Below, in pieces: positions 47,507 through 57,318 of a stretch of DNA of 64,000 bases (position 1 is its first letter; every line of letters begins with the position of its first letter). Made by a program: the position numbers and the translations under genes. The notes under the pieces were generated by a model. The model had not been told where the DNA came from. It saw only the letters and a list, made by a program, of their open reading frames with translations, and searched no databases. This DNA comes from Candidatus Latescibacterota bacterium. GTDB lineage: Bacteria; Latescibacterota; UBA2968; UBA8231. The stretch spans positions 1,440,001 through 1,504,000 of the forward strand of contig OZ242214.1 in the NCBI GenBank assembly GCA_965206595.1, read 5' to 3'.

Positions 47507-47525
47507 CGCGGCGGTTCGGGCGGGT

Positions 47526-48215
47526 TCATCCTTCCTGCATCGGGACGAAGCGCACGGGCATGAGCGTTTTTTGCTCGAGCCGTTCGCCCGCATTCCGCCG
47601 CACCAGGACGAGCTCCTGTTTCACCGATCCGAGGGGCAGGATCATGCGGCCCTCCGGCATTAATTGCTCGCAGAGCCTGGGCGGAATCTCCCTGGGGGCG
47701 GCCGAAGCGACAATGGCATCGAATTTCGGCCCTGCACAATGGGGCCATCCCCGCGCTCCGTCCCCCACGAAATAGGAAATGTTCGTGTAGGCCAGCTGCC
47801 CCAAGGTTTTCCGGGCGCGCTCGGACAACTCAGGATAGAGCTCCACTGTGCAAACCCCGGCCGACAACTGGGCGAGCAAGGCGGTCTGATAGCCACAGCC
47901 CGTGCCGATCTCCAGAACGCGTTCCGTCCCTCGCAATTCGAGAGCCTGAAGCATGTAGGCGACCACATAGGGTTGCGAGATGGTCTGATCGAAACCGATC
48001 GGAAGGGGGTGATCTTCGCAGGCCCGGGTGCGGTATTCCGGGGCGACGAACAGATGTCGCGGAACCTGTCGGAAAGCAGCGAGCACATCGAGGTCGGCAA
48101 TGCCTCTGGCAACCAGTTGCGACTGCACCATGCGCTCACGGTCCGCGGTGAAATCGACTTCGTAAACCCCCGAGTGCAGGTTCGTTCGGTCTTTTCGGAA
48201 CCAGCCAGGCATCAC
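47526..48215 (-). CDS. pcm: Protein-L-isoaspartate O-methyltransferase
   Basis: VPRHLF, QTISQP, VLEIGTGCGY, VRFVP; start uncertain. Confidence 0.93.
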   Translation of the reverse strand: MMPGWFRKDRTNLHSGVYEVDFTADRERMVQSQLVARGIADLDVLAAFRQVPRHLFVAPEYRTRACEDHPLPIGFDQTISQPYVVAYMLQALELRGTERVLEIGTGCGYQTALLAQLSAGVCTVELYPELSERARKTLGQLAYTNISYFVGDGARGWPHCAGPKFDAIVASAAPREIPPRLCEQLMPEGRMILPLGSVKQELVLVRRNAGERLEQKTLMPVRFVPMQEG

Positions 48216-49168
48216 ATTTCCTCCAGGGCACTCAGGACGGTGCGAACGACGACGGCGACCGGAATCGAGTCGATATCCCCGTTTTCCGAGGCGATCACCG
48301 CGGCCTTTGGCCCCAGCGGTCTCCAGACCACCGGGTTCGTCGGCCCGAACAGGGATACCGTAGGGGTTCCCACCGCGGCGGCTACGTGCCCCGGTCCGGA
48401 ATCGTTGCCGACGAACAGGTCGATGCGCTCGAGAACTGCGGCCAGTTGCGCGACGGTCCTCGGCGAAATGCGGAAGACACTAGGAAAAACCAACTGCCCG
48501 ATGTCCATTTCGGCCTCCAATTCTACCGGACCGAGGAGGAGGATGACTCGGACTCCTGCGCCAAGCAACTCATCAACCATCGCCGCGAAATTCTGTTTCG
48601 GCCAGCACTTGTGCACTCCTCCGCCGCCCGGGTGAACGGCGACCAACCGGTTACCTTCCCGGCGGCGGAGGATCGAAATCAGGTCCCCGCCCAGATCCCG
48701 CTCCAAGTGTTTTCGTTGTTCAGGTCGCAAGGTGATGCGAGGCTCCCACTCGTTCACCGGTACCCCCAACTCCCTCAGGGGTTGGCTCAGATGACGGGTG
48801 ATGTGCTGGGCAAAGCCTGCCGGGGGCCGCGGGTCCCAAACGGCGACATCTCCCCCGACGAGCTGCTGAAGGCGGTTCCGAAGCTCGTGGACACGCGAGG
48901 AATAGGCGAGCAGAAAGCGACTGCCGGAGAGCGCGGCACGTTCGGTGGGCGGGATGTCCGAAGCGGAATCGTAAAAAGAGGCGACAGCAGCCCCGCCGAC
49001 GTCTGTAAAGAAATCGGAGCCGGCGACGTCTGCCATCATTCGAGGAAAGACGAGATGGATCGGCAAATCGCCGAACTTTCGGCGGAGAGCCACCGTTGCC
49101 GGCAGTGTTAGGACGGCATCACCCAGTGCTCCGGAGCGCATGACCGTCAAGTGCTGTTGGGTGGTCAT
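48212..49168 (-). CDS. Glycosyltransferase family 9 (heptosyltransferase-like)
   Basis: GALGD, HPGGG..KCW, NDSGPGHVAAA, LFGPT. Confidence 0.9.
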   Translation of the reverse strand: MTTQQHLTVMRSGALGDAVLTLPATVALRRKFGDLPIHLVFPRMMADVAGSDFFTDVGGAAVASFYDSASDIPPTERAALSGSRFLLAYSSRVHELRNRLQQLVGGDVAVWDPRPPAGFAQHITRHLSQPLRELGVPVNEWEPRITLRPEQRKHLERDLGGDLISILRRREGNRLVAVHPGGGGVHKCWPKQNFAAMVDELLGAGVRVILLLGPVELEAEMDIGQLVFPSVFRISPRTVAQLAAVLERIDLFVGNDSGPGHVAAAVGTPTVSLFGPTNPVVWRPLGPKAAVIASENGDIDSIPVAVVVRTVLSALEEM

Positions 49169-49169
49169 C

Positions 49170-49198
49170 TTGCCAAAGACAGAGCTGCCCTGTATCTT
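49170..49198 (+). promoter_or_regulatory. Putative sigma70 promoter of rplC
   Basis: TTGCCA-N17-TATCTT. Confidence 0.45.
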
Positions 49199-49314
49199 CG
49201 AAAATTCGTTTCCCGCAAGTAACTTAAGATGCATCTCACGGGGTGGCGCGAGGCGACCGCAAGCCGACGAACCACGCTGGGCGGGCGCAAAAACCGCAAG
49301 TGATACTCACGAGC

Positions 49315-49935
49315 ATGGTTGGACTGATCGGAAAAAAACTGGGGATGACCCAGGTCTACAACGACAAGGAGGAGCTCGTTCCCGTCACCGTCGTGGCGGC
49401 AGGTCCCTGCCCCGTCGTCGATGTCCGCACGACCGAGCGCAACGGCTACACCGCGGTTCAGCTCGGCTTCGAAGAAATCGACCCGCGCAAAGTGAACAAA
49501 CCCGAGGCAGGTCATTTTGCCCGGGCAAACGTCTCCCCTCAGCGCATCCTGCGCGAATTCAGGTCCGCGGGTGCTATCGACATCGAGATCGGACAGGTGC
49601 TCAGTGTCAGCCAGTTCGAGGTAGGGGACAGGGTGAAGGTCAGTGGCACCTCCAAAGGCAAGGGGTTTGCAGGCGTCGTCAAGAGATATGGATTCGCCGG
49701 AAAAAAAAGCTCCCACGGTACTCCTGACCGGGTTCGCCATCCCGGGTCGATCGGTCAGGGAACAACCCCTGGTAAGGTGTGGAAGGGCAAGAAAATGCCT
49801 GGGCACATGGGTGCCCGCGCAGTTACGACCCGGGGGCTTATCGTGGTAGGGGTCGATCGGGACCGAAACCTGCTGTTCGTCAAGGGGGCCGTTCCCGGCG
49901 CTTCCGAGGGGTACGTGACGATCCGTAAACAGTGA
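49315..49935 (+). CDS. rplC: 50S ribosomal protein L3 (stand-alone)
   Basis: GLIGKKLGMTQ, SKGKGFAG, PGSIG, KKMPGHMG, VKGAVPG. Confidence 0.97.
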   Translation: MVGLIGKKLGMTQVYNDKEELVPVTVVAAGPCPVVDVRTTERNGYTAVQLGFEEIDPRKVNKPEAGHFARANVSPQRILREFRSAGAIDIEIGQVLSVSQFEVGDRVKVSGTSKGKGFAGVVKRYGFAGKKSSHGTPDRVRHPGSIGQGTTPGKVWKGKKMPGHMGARAVTTRGLIVVGVDRDRNLLFVKGAVPGASEGYVTIRKQ

Positions 49936-49994
49936 GATCCCGAGGGGCGTTCGCGCTTCCGGTTCGAGCGACAACAACCAAGACAAAGGGAAGT

Positions 49995-50019
49995 GGCGGC
50001 TTGCAAGGCCGCTTTTTTT
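49995..50019 (+). terminator. Rho-independent terminator after rplC
   Basis: GGCGGCT-TGCAA-GGCCGCT hairpin followed by a T run. Confidence 0.75.
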
Positions 50020-50362
50020 ATCCAGGGGGCCACTCCAACCGGCGTCCGCCCAGCACGTGGACATGTAGGTGGTCCACTGTCTGCCCTCCGTCCGCTCCCG
50101 CGTTGATGACGCATCGAAATCCACGTTCGGAAAGGCCTTCTGAAGCCGCCACTTCCCTGGCGACGACCAGCAGATGGCCCAGCAGGGACTCGTCCTTCTC
50201 CCCGGCATTCTGAATTCCGGCCAGCGGTTCTTTCGGAATGACCAGAATGTGGACCGGTGCCTGGGGGTTGACGTCGCGAAACGCCATGCTGCGATCATCT
50301 TCGTGGACGATATCGGCGGATATTTCCCCTTTGATGATCTTTGAGAAGATGGTTTCAGTCAC
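50018..50362 (-). CDS. Histidine triad (HIT/HinT) nucleotide-binding protein
   Basis: TIFSKII, PQAPVH, GQTVDHLHVHVLGGR. Confidence 0.95.
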   Translation of the reverse strand: MTETIFSKIIKGEISADIVHEDDRSMAFRDVNPQAPVHILVIPKEPLAGIQNAGEKDESLLGHLLVVAREVAASEGLSERGFRCVINAGADGGQTVDHLHVHVLGGRRLEWPPG

Positions 50363-50408
50363 GACAGGCTCCTCGAGTGAAATGGCGAAGGAATACCACG
50401 CCTGCCCC

Positions 50409-51455
50409 TTATCCGAGGGTTGCGGTCACTCCGCACTTACGGGCGAGATCGTGCAGCAGGGATAGGGTCGAAGCCGCAAGCGGAATACCCCTCTCGCAAC
50501 GGTCAAGGCGGCGCTTCTCCTCCAGCTCGCCGGGCACGAAGATTTCATCCACTCCCGGCATGCGCGGGGAGCGTTTGATGGCAGCCACCATCTCTGCTAC
50601 CTGCATTTTGAACTGGGGCGACCGCATGAAGCGAGCCGGGTCTATGCAGATGAATGAATGACCGACTCCTTTTTCACCTACGTGCCTGGGCACCGCAGCG
50701 CGGTCCACGCCGAAATAGGGGGCGCCGCCGAGAAGGCCGGCGAGAAGCTCGATCAACAAGGTGAGTGCGTATCCCTTGTGCTCGCCGATGGGAACGATGG
50801 TTCCACTGAGTGCTGTTTGGGGGTTGGTTGTTGGCTCCCCGTTCAAATCCCGGGCTACACCCTCGGGCAACGTTTCTCCAGCGGACGCGGCGAGTTCGAG
50901 GTTTCCCGCGGCGATGGAACTCATGGCGAGGTCAATGACCAGCGGAAAATTCTGATCGCCCGGAACTCCCATGGCGATCGGGTTGGTTCCGAACATCGGC
51001 CGTGTACCCCCAGTCGGGGCGAGACGGGGACTGGAAACGGTCATCGAGATGGCGATCATGTCCCGTTCCAACGCCAAAAGGCAGTACGTCCCCGCAGCTC
51101 CGAAATGCCGGGACCGGCAAGCGGTCACCGTGGCCGATCCACTTGCCCGCGCCTTGTCGATGCAGACCGACAGGGCGTGCCGTCCAACCAGTTGTCCGAG
51201 TGCGCCGTCGCCGTCCACGCGCGCCCAGGCGGGCCCCTCTGCGGCGGTGCGTATCGCTGGCGAGGGATTGGTGAGTCCCGACTCAAGCTCGCGGGCGTAG
51301 CGGCCCAGTCTCATGCTTCCGTGACTGTGGATGCCGCGCAGATCCGACTGAACGAGGGTGCCGGCGACGAATTCGGCGTCCTCCCAAGGCACGCGGTAAT
51401 GTGCTAGGACTTGCGCGCAGAGCTCTGTCAATCGGAGATGATGGACTCGCTGCAT
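50409..51455 (-). CDS. Ldh_2 family (type 2 malate/L-lactate/sulfolactate) dehydrogenase
   Basis: DLRGIHSHG, HFG, GTNPIA, HKGY, PGE; start uncertain. Confidence 0.9.
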   Translation of the reverse strand: MQRVHHLRLTELCAQVLAHYRVPWEDAEFVAGTLVQSDLRGIHSHGSMRLGRYARELESGLTNPSPAIRTAAEGPAWARVDGDGALGQLVGRHALSVCIDKARASGSATVTACRSRHFGAAGTYCLLALERDMIAISMTVSSPRLAPTGGTRPMFGTNPIAMGVPGDQNFPLVIDLAMSSIAAGNLELAASAGETLPEGVARDLNGEPTTNPQTALSGTIVPIGEHKGYALTLLIELLAGLLGGAPYFGVDRAAVPRHVGEKGVGHSFICIDPARFMRSPQFKMQVAEMVAAIKRSPRMPGVDEIFVPGELEEKRRLDRCERGIPLAASTLSLLHDLARKCGVTATLG

Positions 51456-51592
51456 CGAGGCTCGATAGGCGTGAGGATGGGGTGGCAATCGGCCGCAATA
51501 TACCAGGGCCAGCGGGAGCTGTGCAACCGCCAACGGCAGCCATCGAAACACTTTGACCCTGAACAAGCCGAACCCTACATTGCGCGAATTAC

Positions 51593-52312
51593 ATGGATCT
51601 CTCCATCGTCGTTCCCGCGTACAACGAATCCCGAAAAATCACCGAAACCCTCGACGCGATTACCTCCTTTCTCGATGATCGCCCATGGCGGTGTGAGATC
51701 ATCGTCGTAGACGACGGCAGCGACGACTTCACCGCAGAGATCGTCGATGAAGCGTCAAGAGGCGACCAGCGCATCCACTGCCTGCGCAACGAGAGGAACT
51801 GCGGCAAGGGGTACTCCATCCGCAAAGGGGTATTGCATTCCCGGGGCGCCGCTGTCGGCTTCATCGACGCCGACAACAAGACGGAAATCAGCGCTCTCGA
51901 TCAGGTAATGGAACAACTCGGCAATCTCGGAGTCGACGGGGTTCTGGGGGACCGCACGCTGCCCGGCACGGACATCAAGCAAGCTCGAAGGGCGTACCGT
52001 CAATGGGGCTCGGAATTGTTTCGGTACATGCTCCGGACCTGCGTGGGGCTCCCCGGATTTCCCGACACACAGTGTGGCTTCAAGTTCTTCAGACAGCCGG
52101 TCGCCAAGGACCTGTTCCAGCGACAATCCGTAGACGGCTACATGTTCGACGTCGAGGTCCTCTTGCTGGCGGTTCGGTCCGGGTACAACCTCGTGCGGAT
52201 TCCGATAGTATGGCGGGACGATCCCGACAGCCGCTTCAAACCGATTACCGGCATGCTGAGAAATCTCGGCGACCTGCATCGAATACGGTGGAGCGCAGGT
52301 CGCTCCAAATAA
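51593..52312 (+). CDS. GT2 glycosyltransferase (polyprenyl-phosphate glucosyltransferase-like)
   Basis: VPAYNE, DDGS, DAD, DTQCGFK, FDVE. Confidence 0.9.
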   Translation: MDLSIVVPAYNESRKITETLDAITSFLDDRPWRCEIIVVDDGSDDFTAEIVDEASRGDQRIHCLRNERNCGKGYSIRKGVLHSRGAAVGFIDADNKTEISALDQVMEQLGNLGVDGVLGDRTLPGTDIKQARRAYRQWGSELFRYMLRTCVGLPGFPDTQCGFKFFRQPVAKDLFQRQSVDGYMFDVEVLLLAVRSGYNLVRIPIVWRDDPDSRFKPITGMLRNLGDLHRIRWSAGRSK

Positions 52313-52319
52313 ATGGGGG

Positions 52320-53108
52320 ATGCCTGAATTCCTGTTTCTCGTGGCCTTGGGTGCGGTTGTCGGCACCGTGGGGAGCCTCGTCGGCGCCGGGGGTGGGGTC
52401 ATTCTGGTTCCCGTTCTCATTCTCCTCTATGAGGGGGAGGTGGCGAGCGAGATTACCTCGCTGTCCCTGGTAGTGATTTTCTTCACCGCCTTTTCCGGCT
52501 CTGTCACCTACGGTTGGATGCGCCGTATCGATTACGTTTCCGGGATTGCCTTCGCCCTGGCGGGAATCCCCACCGCAATGGCGGGAGCCTACCTGTCGCA
52601 ACACGTGCCGAGACTCTACTTCGATCCGCTGATGGCGGCGATCCTGGTCCTGCTCGGCGGTTACACTTTTGTCAACCCGCGTTCGCGCAAAGCGAACACC
52701 GAGAATTCTACGGACATCGAGGCAAACACCAAGCGACAATTGCGGCTCGGGTGCATTCTCAGCGCCTACATAGGGGCCGTTTCGGGTATCCTCGGAATCG
52801 GAGGAGGAATTATCCGCGTGCCGGTCATGGTGAAGGTCCTTCGCTTCACCCCTCACGTCGCTACCGCCACATCGCTTTTCGCCCTCACAATCGTCTCCTT
52901 TGCCGGTACCCTCGTGCACGCCTCGGGGGGGCGCTTCGAGGGCCAAAGCGACAAGGCGTTGTTTTTGGCGATAGGTGTGATGGTCGGAGCCCAGATCGGC
53001 GCCAAACTTTCCACCTTGGTGCAGGGCCCCCTGCTGCTGCGGCTGCTCTCGGCGCTTCTTGTGGGCCTCGGTGCCCAGCTTTTTTACACATTGGCACAGC
53101 GCTGGTAA
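52320..53108 (+). CDS. TauE/SafE (TSUP) family transporter
   Basis: GAGGG..VP and GIGGG..VP repeats, ATATSL. Confidence 0.9.
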   Translation: MPEFLFLVALGAVVGTVGSLVGAGGGVILVPVLILLYEGEVASEITSLSLVVIFFTAFSGSVTYGWMRRIDYVSGIAFALAGIPTAMAGAYLSQHVPRLYFDPLMAAILVLLGGYTFVNPRSRKANTENSTDIEANTKRQLRLGCILSAYIGAVSGILGIGGGIIRVPVMVKVLRFTPHVATATSLFALTIVSFAGTLVHASGGRFEGQSDKALFLAIGVMVGAQIGAKLSTLVQGPLLLRLLSALLVGLGAQLFYTLAQRW

Positions 53109-53140
53109 CCGTCGCCGGCTAATCGTTACGAGGAGAGAAG

Positions 53141-53951
53141 ATGATGTCATTCAACATGGCCTACAGCACGCTCAGGTGGCAGCTACCGGACCTCGAGCCT
53201 GCCCTGGTCGCCCTGAGGGAAGCCGGGTGGGATAAGCTGGGAAGGGCGCCTGCCGCTCGACTGGCTCGGAACCCCTAGCCGCCTCATGCAGGTGTGCGCA
53301 AACGCCGGCATGCCGATGACGATCTTCACCGCGGTCGGGTCGCCTGACGGCAGGGATTTTGCACATGTGGAGAGGAATCGCCGACGCATGGAGTTCGCCG
53401 CCGAGGTGGGGGTCCAATGCTTCATGTTCATGAGTGGGCCAAAACCGGAGGGAAGGGAGGCCGACGACGACGAGATCCGCCGTGCAGCAGAGGGTGCAGA
53501 CGAGTGGGCGGAGTACGCCGCTGCGCGGGGACTAGAGATAAGCTATCACATTCACACCAACACGCTGGTCGACTCCATCGCCCAGTGGCAGCTGTACATG
53601 AGCTGTCTGAAAAACGCCAAGCTCTGCATCGATGTCTCCCACGCCCGGCTTTGGGGTTACGACCCAGTCGCATCCCTTCGGGATTTCTGGAGCCAGCTCA
53701 ACTACGTCCACCTCCAGGACTTCAGCTCCTGCACGCGTGGTGAGAACGGTCTCTACCATCCGGTCTGGTGTGACGTCGGCGCCGCGGAAAACGTCGACTT
53801 CCCCGCAGTTCTCAAGGCACTGGAGGGCTTGGGCTACGAGGGCGTTATCACCAGCTGCCCGGGAGAGCCCGTGCCAGGAGCGGACGATCCGATCAGCGAG
53901 GCTCGGCGCAGCGCTGCGACCCGTGCTTACCTGCGGGGGTTGGGTTACTGA
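53141..53951 (+). CDS. Sugar-phosphate isomerase/epimerase (xylose isomerase-like TIM barrel); +1 frameshift near 53234
   Basis: AGGAG RBS, MMSFNMAYSTLRW...GWD; removing one A gives WEGRLPL in frame with the downstream YHIH, D.SH, HLQD motifs. Confidence 0.75.
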
Positions 53952-53963
53952 CCCCTTGGACCT

Positions 53964-54920
53964 TCAGAAGCCCATGCGTTTGTCGACTACATTCAGAACC
54001 GGCTCTCCTTTGAGGTAGCGTTCGAGCTGTGCCGAGAAGAACTCGTAGACCTTGCGGGGTCGGTGCTGAGAGGCGCCGGCGCGATGAGGAGTAATTACCA
54101 AGTTGGGAGCGTTCCAGAGCGGATCGCCGGCGGGCAAGGGCTCGGCTTCGGTGACGTCGAGCCCGGCACCGGCGATGGAGCCGGATTCGAGGGCTTCCAG
54201 CAAGGCCGCTTCGTCGATTATTCCGCCGCGGCTGGTGCAGACGAGGTAGGCGGTTTCCTTCATACACGCCAACTCTTGGCGGCCTATCATGTGATAGGTC
54301 TCCTTAGTTCTCGGGCAGGCGACCACCACTGCATCTGAACGGGCGAGCATGGTATGCAGGTTCTCTTTCGTAGGGGGGGAGACCTCGGCGACTCCTTCCG
54401 GGGGTTCGGTGCGAACCGGGTCGAGAGCCAGCACCTTCATGTCGTATCCCGCGGCTCGTTTTACGGTTTCCAGCCCGAACCCGCCGAGACCGACGATACC
54501 TAGCACCCCGCCTGTCAGCTCCACCGCGGCGCCTCCTTTCCACTCCCGGCGTATCTGGCTCTGCACGGCAGGAAGGATCCCGCGTGCCAGGGCCAGGAGC
54601 AGGGCCCAGGCGTGTTCACCCCCTTGTGGCGCGTACAGCCCCGCCATGTTGGTGATGGCAACTTCGTCCCGCTCCACGATAACCGGGTCCAGGAGCTTGT
54701 CCATACCGGCGCTGAACGACTGAATCCACCGGAGGCGTTTGCCGGCGGTAGTCACGGGCGCGGGGAAATGACCCATCAGTACCTCGGCGTCGGCGATGTC
54801 GGCCAGGGCCTCTCCGTCCGTGCTGGCGTGCACCAGTTCGTGGTCTCCAAGGCGCGAGACCATCTCCTTCATGTCGTGCAGTTCTTCCTCCGTAAATCCG
54901 TAATAAACGATGACCTTCAC
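53964..54920 (-). CDS. D-2-hydroxyacid dehydrogenase family
   Basis: SAGMD, GLGGFG, SRGG, LDV...EP, TPH. Confidence 0.92.
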   Translation of the reverse strand: MKVIVYYGFTEEELHDMKEMVSRLGDHELVHASTDGEALADIADAEVLMGHFPAPVTTAGKRLRWIQSFSAGMDKLLDPVIVERDEVAITNMAGLYAPQGGEHAWALLLALARGILPAVQSQIRREWKGGAAVELTGGVLGIVGLGGFGLETVKRAAGYDMKVLALDPVRTEPPEGVAEVSPPTKENLHTMLARSDAVVVACPRTKETYHMIGRQELACMKETAYLVCTSRGGIIDEAALLEALESGSIAGAGLDVTEAEPLPAGDPLWNAPNLVITPHRAGASQHRPRKVYEFFSAQLERYLKGEPVLNVVDKRMGF

Positions 54921-54938
54921 TATAGTCTTCCTCCATGA

Positions 54939-55940
54939 TCAAGTCGGCGTAGTGCCTGCCAGAATGGTGCCGGTCTCCTTCTCCAACGTCCGCTCCAGGC
55001 GTGGCCCCAGTTTGGAAACCACCTCTGCGCCGACAAAACAGCCGAGACGGGCGGCCTCGGCGATCCCGAAATCGCGGCAGATGCCGAAAAGGAAGCCGCC
55101 TGCAAAGCTGTCACCGGCCCCGGTTGTATCGACGGCATGTACGGGTACTGCGTCGACCTGGACCTGGGTTGTGCCAGCGCTGACGACCACACCGTCAGCC
55201 CCCCGCGTTACTACGACCATCGGAACTCGGTGCGCCAGCTCGGAAACAGCTTGATCGAGCTTCGCCGCGCCGGTAAAGACGAGAGCCTCTTCTTCGTTGC
55301 TGAACAGCAAGTCGACTCCGCTATCGACCAGCTGATTAAAGCGCTCCCCGAATGCCTGCACGATCGCCGGGTCGGAAAGCGTCAGCGACACTCCGACCCC
55401 CGCGCTACGCGCCCAGCGCCGGGCGAGACCGCAGGCTTTCATCCCCGGCTCCGAGGTCAGCAGGTATCCCTCCAGGTAGACAAAGCGGCTGCGGCGGATT
55501 ACCTCACGTTCGACCTGGCGGGGGCCGACTCCAGCGCTCGCCCCGAGGAATGTGTTCATGGTGCGGTCGGCGTCGGGAGTAACGAATACCATGCACTGGC
55601 CGGTTTTTCCGCGGCCTCGAGCCGTGGCTCCGCTTTCTACACCCGCCTCACTCAGGTCGCGGCAGTAAAACCCCCCCCACTGGTCATCTCCAACACGAAA
55701 GGCGTAATGGGCACGTCCGCCGCAGCGGGCAAGGGCGATCATCGTGTTGGCTGCAGACCCACCCGAAGCGGAATTCGCCGGGGCCGCGGCCAGAGCCGCC
55801 TGCAGTTCCACCTGGCGATCTTCATCAACGAGGGTCATCACTCCCTTGGCAATACCGTGATCCCGTAGGAAGGATGGGTCGACGGGATATTGCAGATCGA
55901 CGAGGGCGTGACCTATGCCATATAGATCGTTGTGGTCCAT
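54939..55940 (-). CDS. PfkB family carbohydrate/adenosine kinase
   Basis: GGSAANT, RTMNT, NEEE, DTTGAGD. Confidence 0.92.
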   Translation of the reverse strand: MDHNDLYGIGHALVDLQYPVDPSFLRDHGIAKGVMTLVDEDRQVELQAALAAAPANSASGGSAANTMIALARCGGRAHYAFRVGDDQWGGFYCRDLSEAGVESGATARGRGKTGQCMVFVTPDADRTMNTFLGASAGVGPRQVEREVIRRSRFVYLEGYLLTSEPGMKACGLARRWARSAGVGVSLTLSDPAIVQAFGERFNQLVDSGVDLLFSNEEEALVFTGAAKLDQAVSELAHRVPMVVVTRGADGVVVSAGTTQVQVDAVPVHAVDTTGAGDSFAGGFLFGICRDFGIAEAARLGCFVGAEVVSKLGPRLERTLEKETGTILAGTTPT

Positions 55941-56177
55941 ACCTATTCGCGGGCCTCAGAATTGCAATTGGATGAATTTCCATGGAGCGAAACGAAAACA
56001 TAAAAAACCGCAACGGAGAGCCCGGCAAAATGTCGCAGTAGGAGAAAAACAGCCTGGAAGCCTTTTCAGCGAAAGAGCTGGCGGTTATATTCGGTTATAA
56101 TAACCACTAAAATCGCATCTGAATGCGAGTCGACGTGATCTGCCAAACGTCAAACCCCGAACCACAGGAGGTATCAT

Positions 56178-56699
56178 ATCGCAAAACAGCAACAGTCGTT
56201 TACGAGGATCAACGACGCCATTCGCGTCCCGGAGATTCGACTGATCAATTCCGACGGGACTCAGGTTGGCGTCGTGGGAAAATCGGAGGCGATGGCGATG
56301 GCGGAGGAAGAAGATCTCGATCTCGTAGAGGTCGCGCCGGAAGCCAGGCCGCCCGTTTGCCGTATCATGGACTACGGAAAATACCGCTTCGACAAAGAGA
56401 AAAAAGCCAAGGAGGCGCGCAAAAAAGGGCAGGCTGTGCAGATGAAGACGGTGCGAATCAAGACCGCCAACATCAGCGAGCACGACATGGAGTACCGCCT
56501 TGGTCACATTCGGGAGTTTATCGGCAAGGGAAATCTCGTGAAAATCAGCATGCGCTTCATGGGCCGCCAGGTGGCCTACCGCGACCGCGGCCGGCAGGTC
56601 ATGCAGGAGGTCGCGGAGAAACTCCTTGACGTTGCCGTAACCCACCAGCATCCGCAAATGGAAGGCCGCGAGATGTCCATGATCTTGCGGCCTTTGTAA
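56178..56699 (+). CDS. infC: Translation initiation factor IF-3, probable ATC start codon
   Basis: AGGAGG then ATC GCA AAA; RINDAIRVPEIRLI, LDLVEVAP..PPVCRIMDYGK. Confidence 0.93.
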   Translation: MAKQQQSFTRINDAIRVPEIRLINSDGTQVGVVGKSEAMAMAEEEDLDLVEVAPEARPPVCRIMDYGKYRFDKEKKAKEARKKGQAVQMKTVRIKTANISEHDMEYRLGHIREFIGKGNLVKISMRFMGRQVAYRDRGRQVMQEVAEKLLDVAVTHQHPQMEGREMSMILRPL

Positions 56700-57318
56700 C
56701 ACCGAAGTGAGTTCGCCGGATCGGCGGGCGGCGACATCCCCCTGTTGATCCTGAGAAAAGACTTCCGGTATCCAACCCCTCTCTGATTGCCCCCTGCTTA
56801 GGAGGATCGACCTCCGATTCCACATCCAAACACGGGCGAGATTGCCTTTGGTCGTTGCGCTTGGGATACGCAGCTTCGTCATGTAACGAATCCCTGTCTC
56901 CGATTGTGAATCGGTGACAACCCTCGTTAGGATTCCGCGTTTTCCGGCTTCAAAATCCGCTTCGTACCACCCGCTCCTGCCCAGGCATGCATGGCTTTCT
57001 GCCTGAAAGAAAATCCAGATAGACATTCGACCAGTGGCCCATACCGAATGACAGGACAGGATTGTCGTATCCGCAGGAAGCACCCCTTGCTCGCGTGCTT
57101 GGATTCGGTCTCGGTTACCTGTCACTACCAAGCGATTTCACTTTAGCTCTTGAGCAGATGCGACAAGGGTGTGCTCTTGGCATCCGTCCATTCCAGCGAC
57201 GACTGGAAAGGAGCGCTCAGCTGGTCCTTTTGGGGGCAATAGCTGACATGGGGCGAAAAGTAGGAGTATAGTGCCGAATTGCGAGGGTTCGGGGAACTGT
57301 TCGGTCCCGAACTATGCA

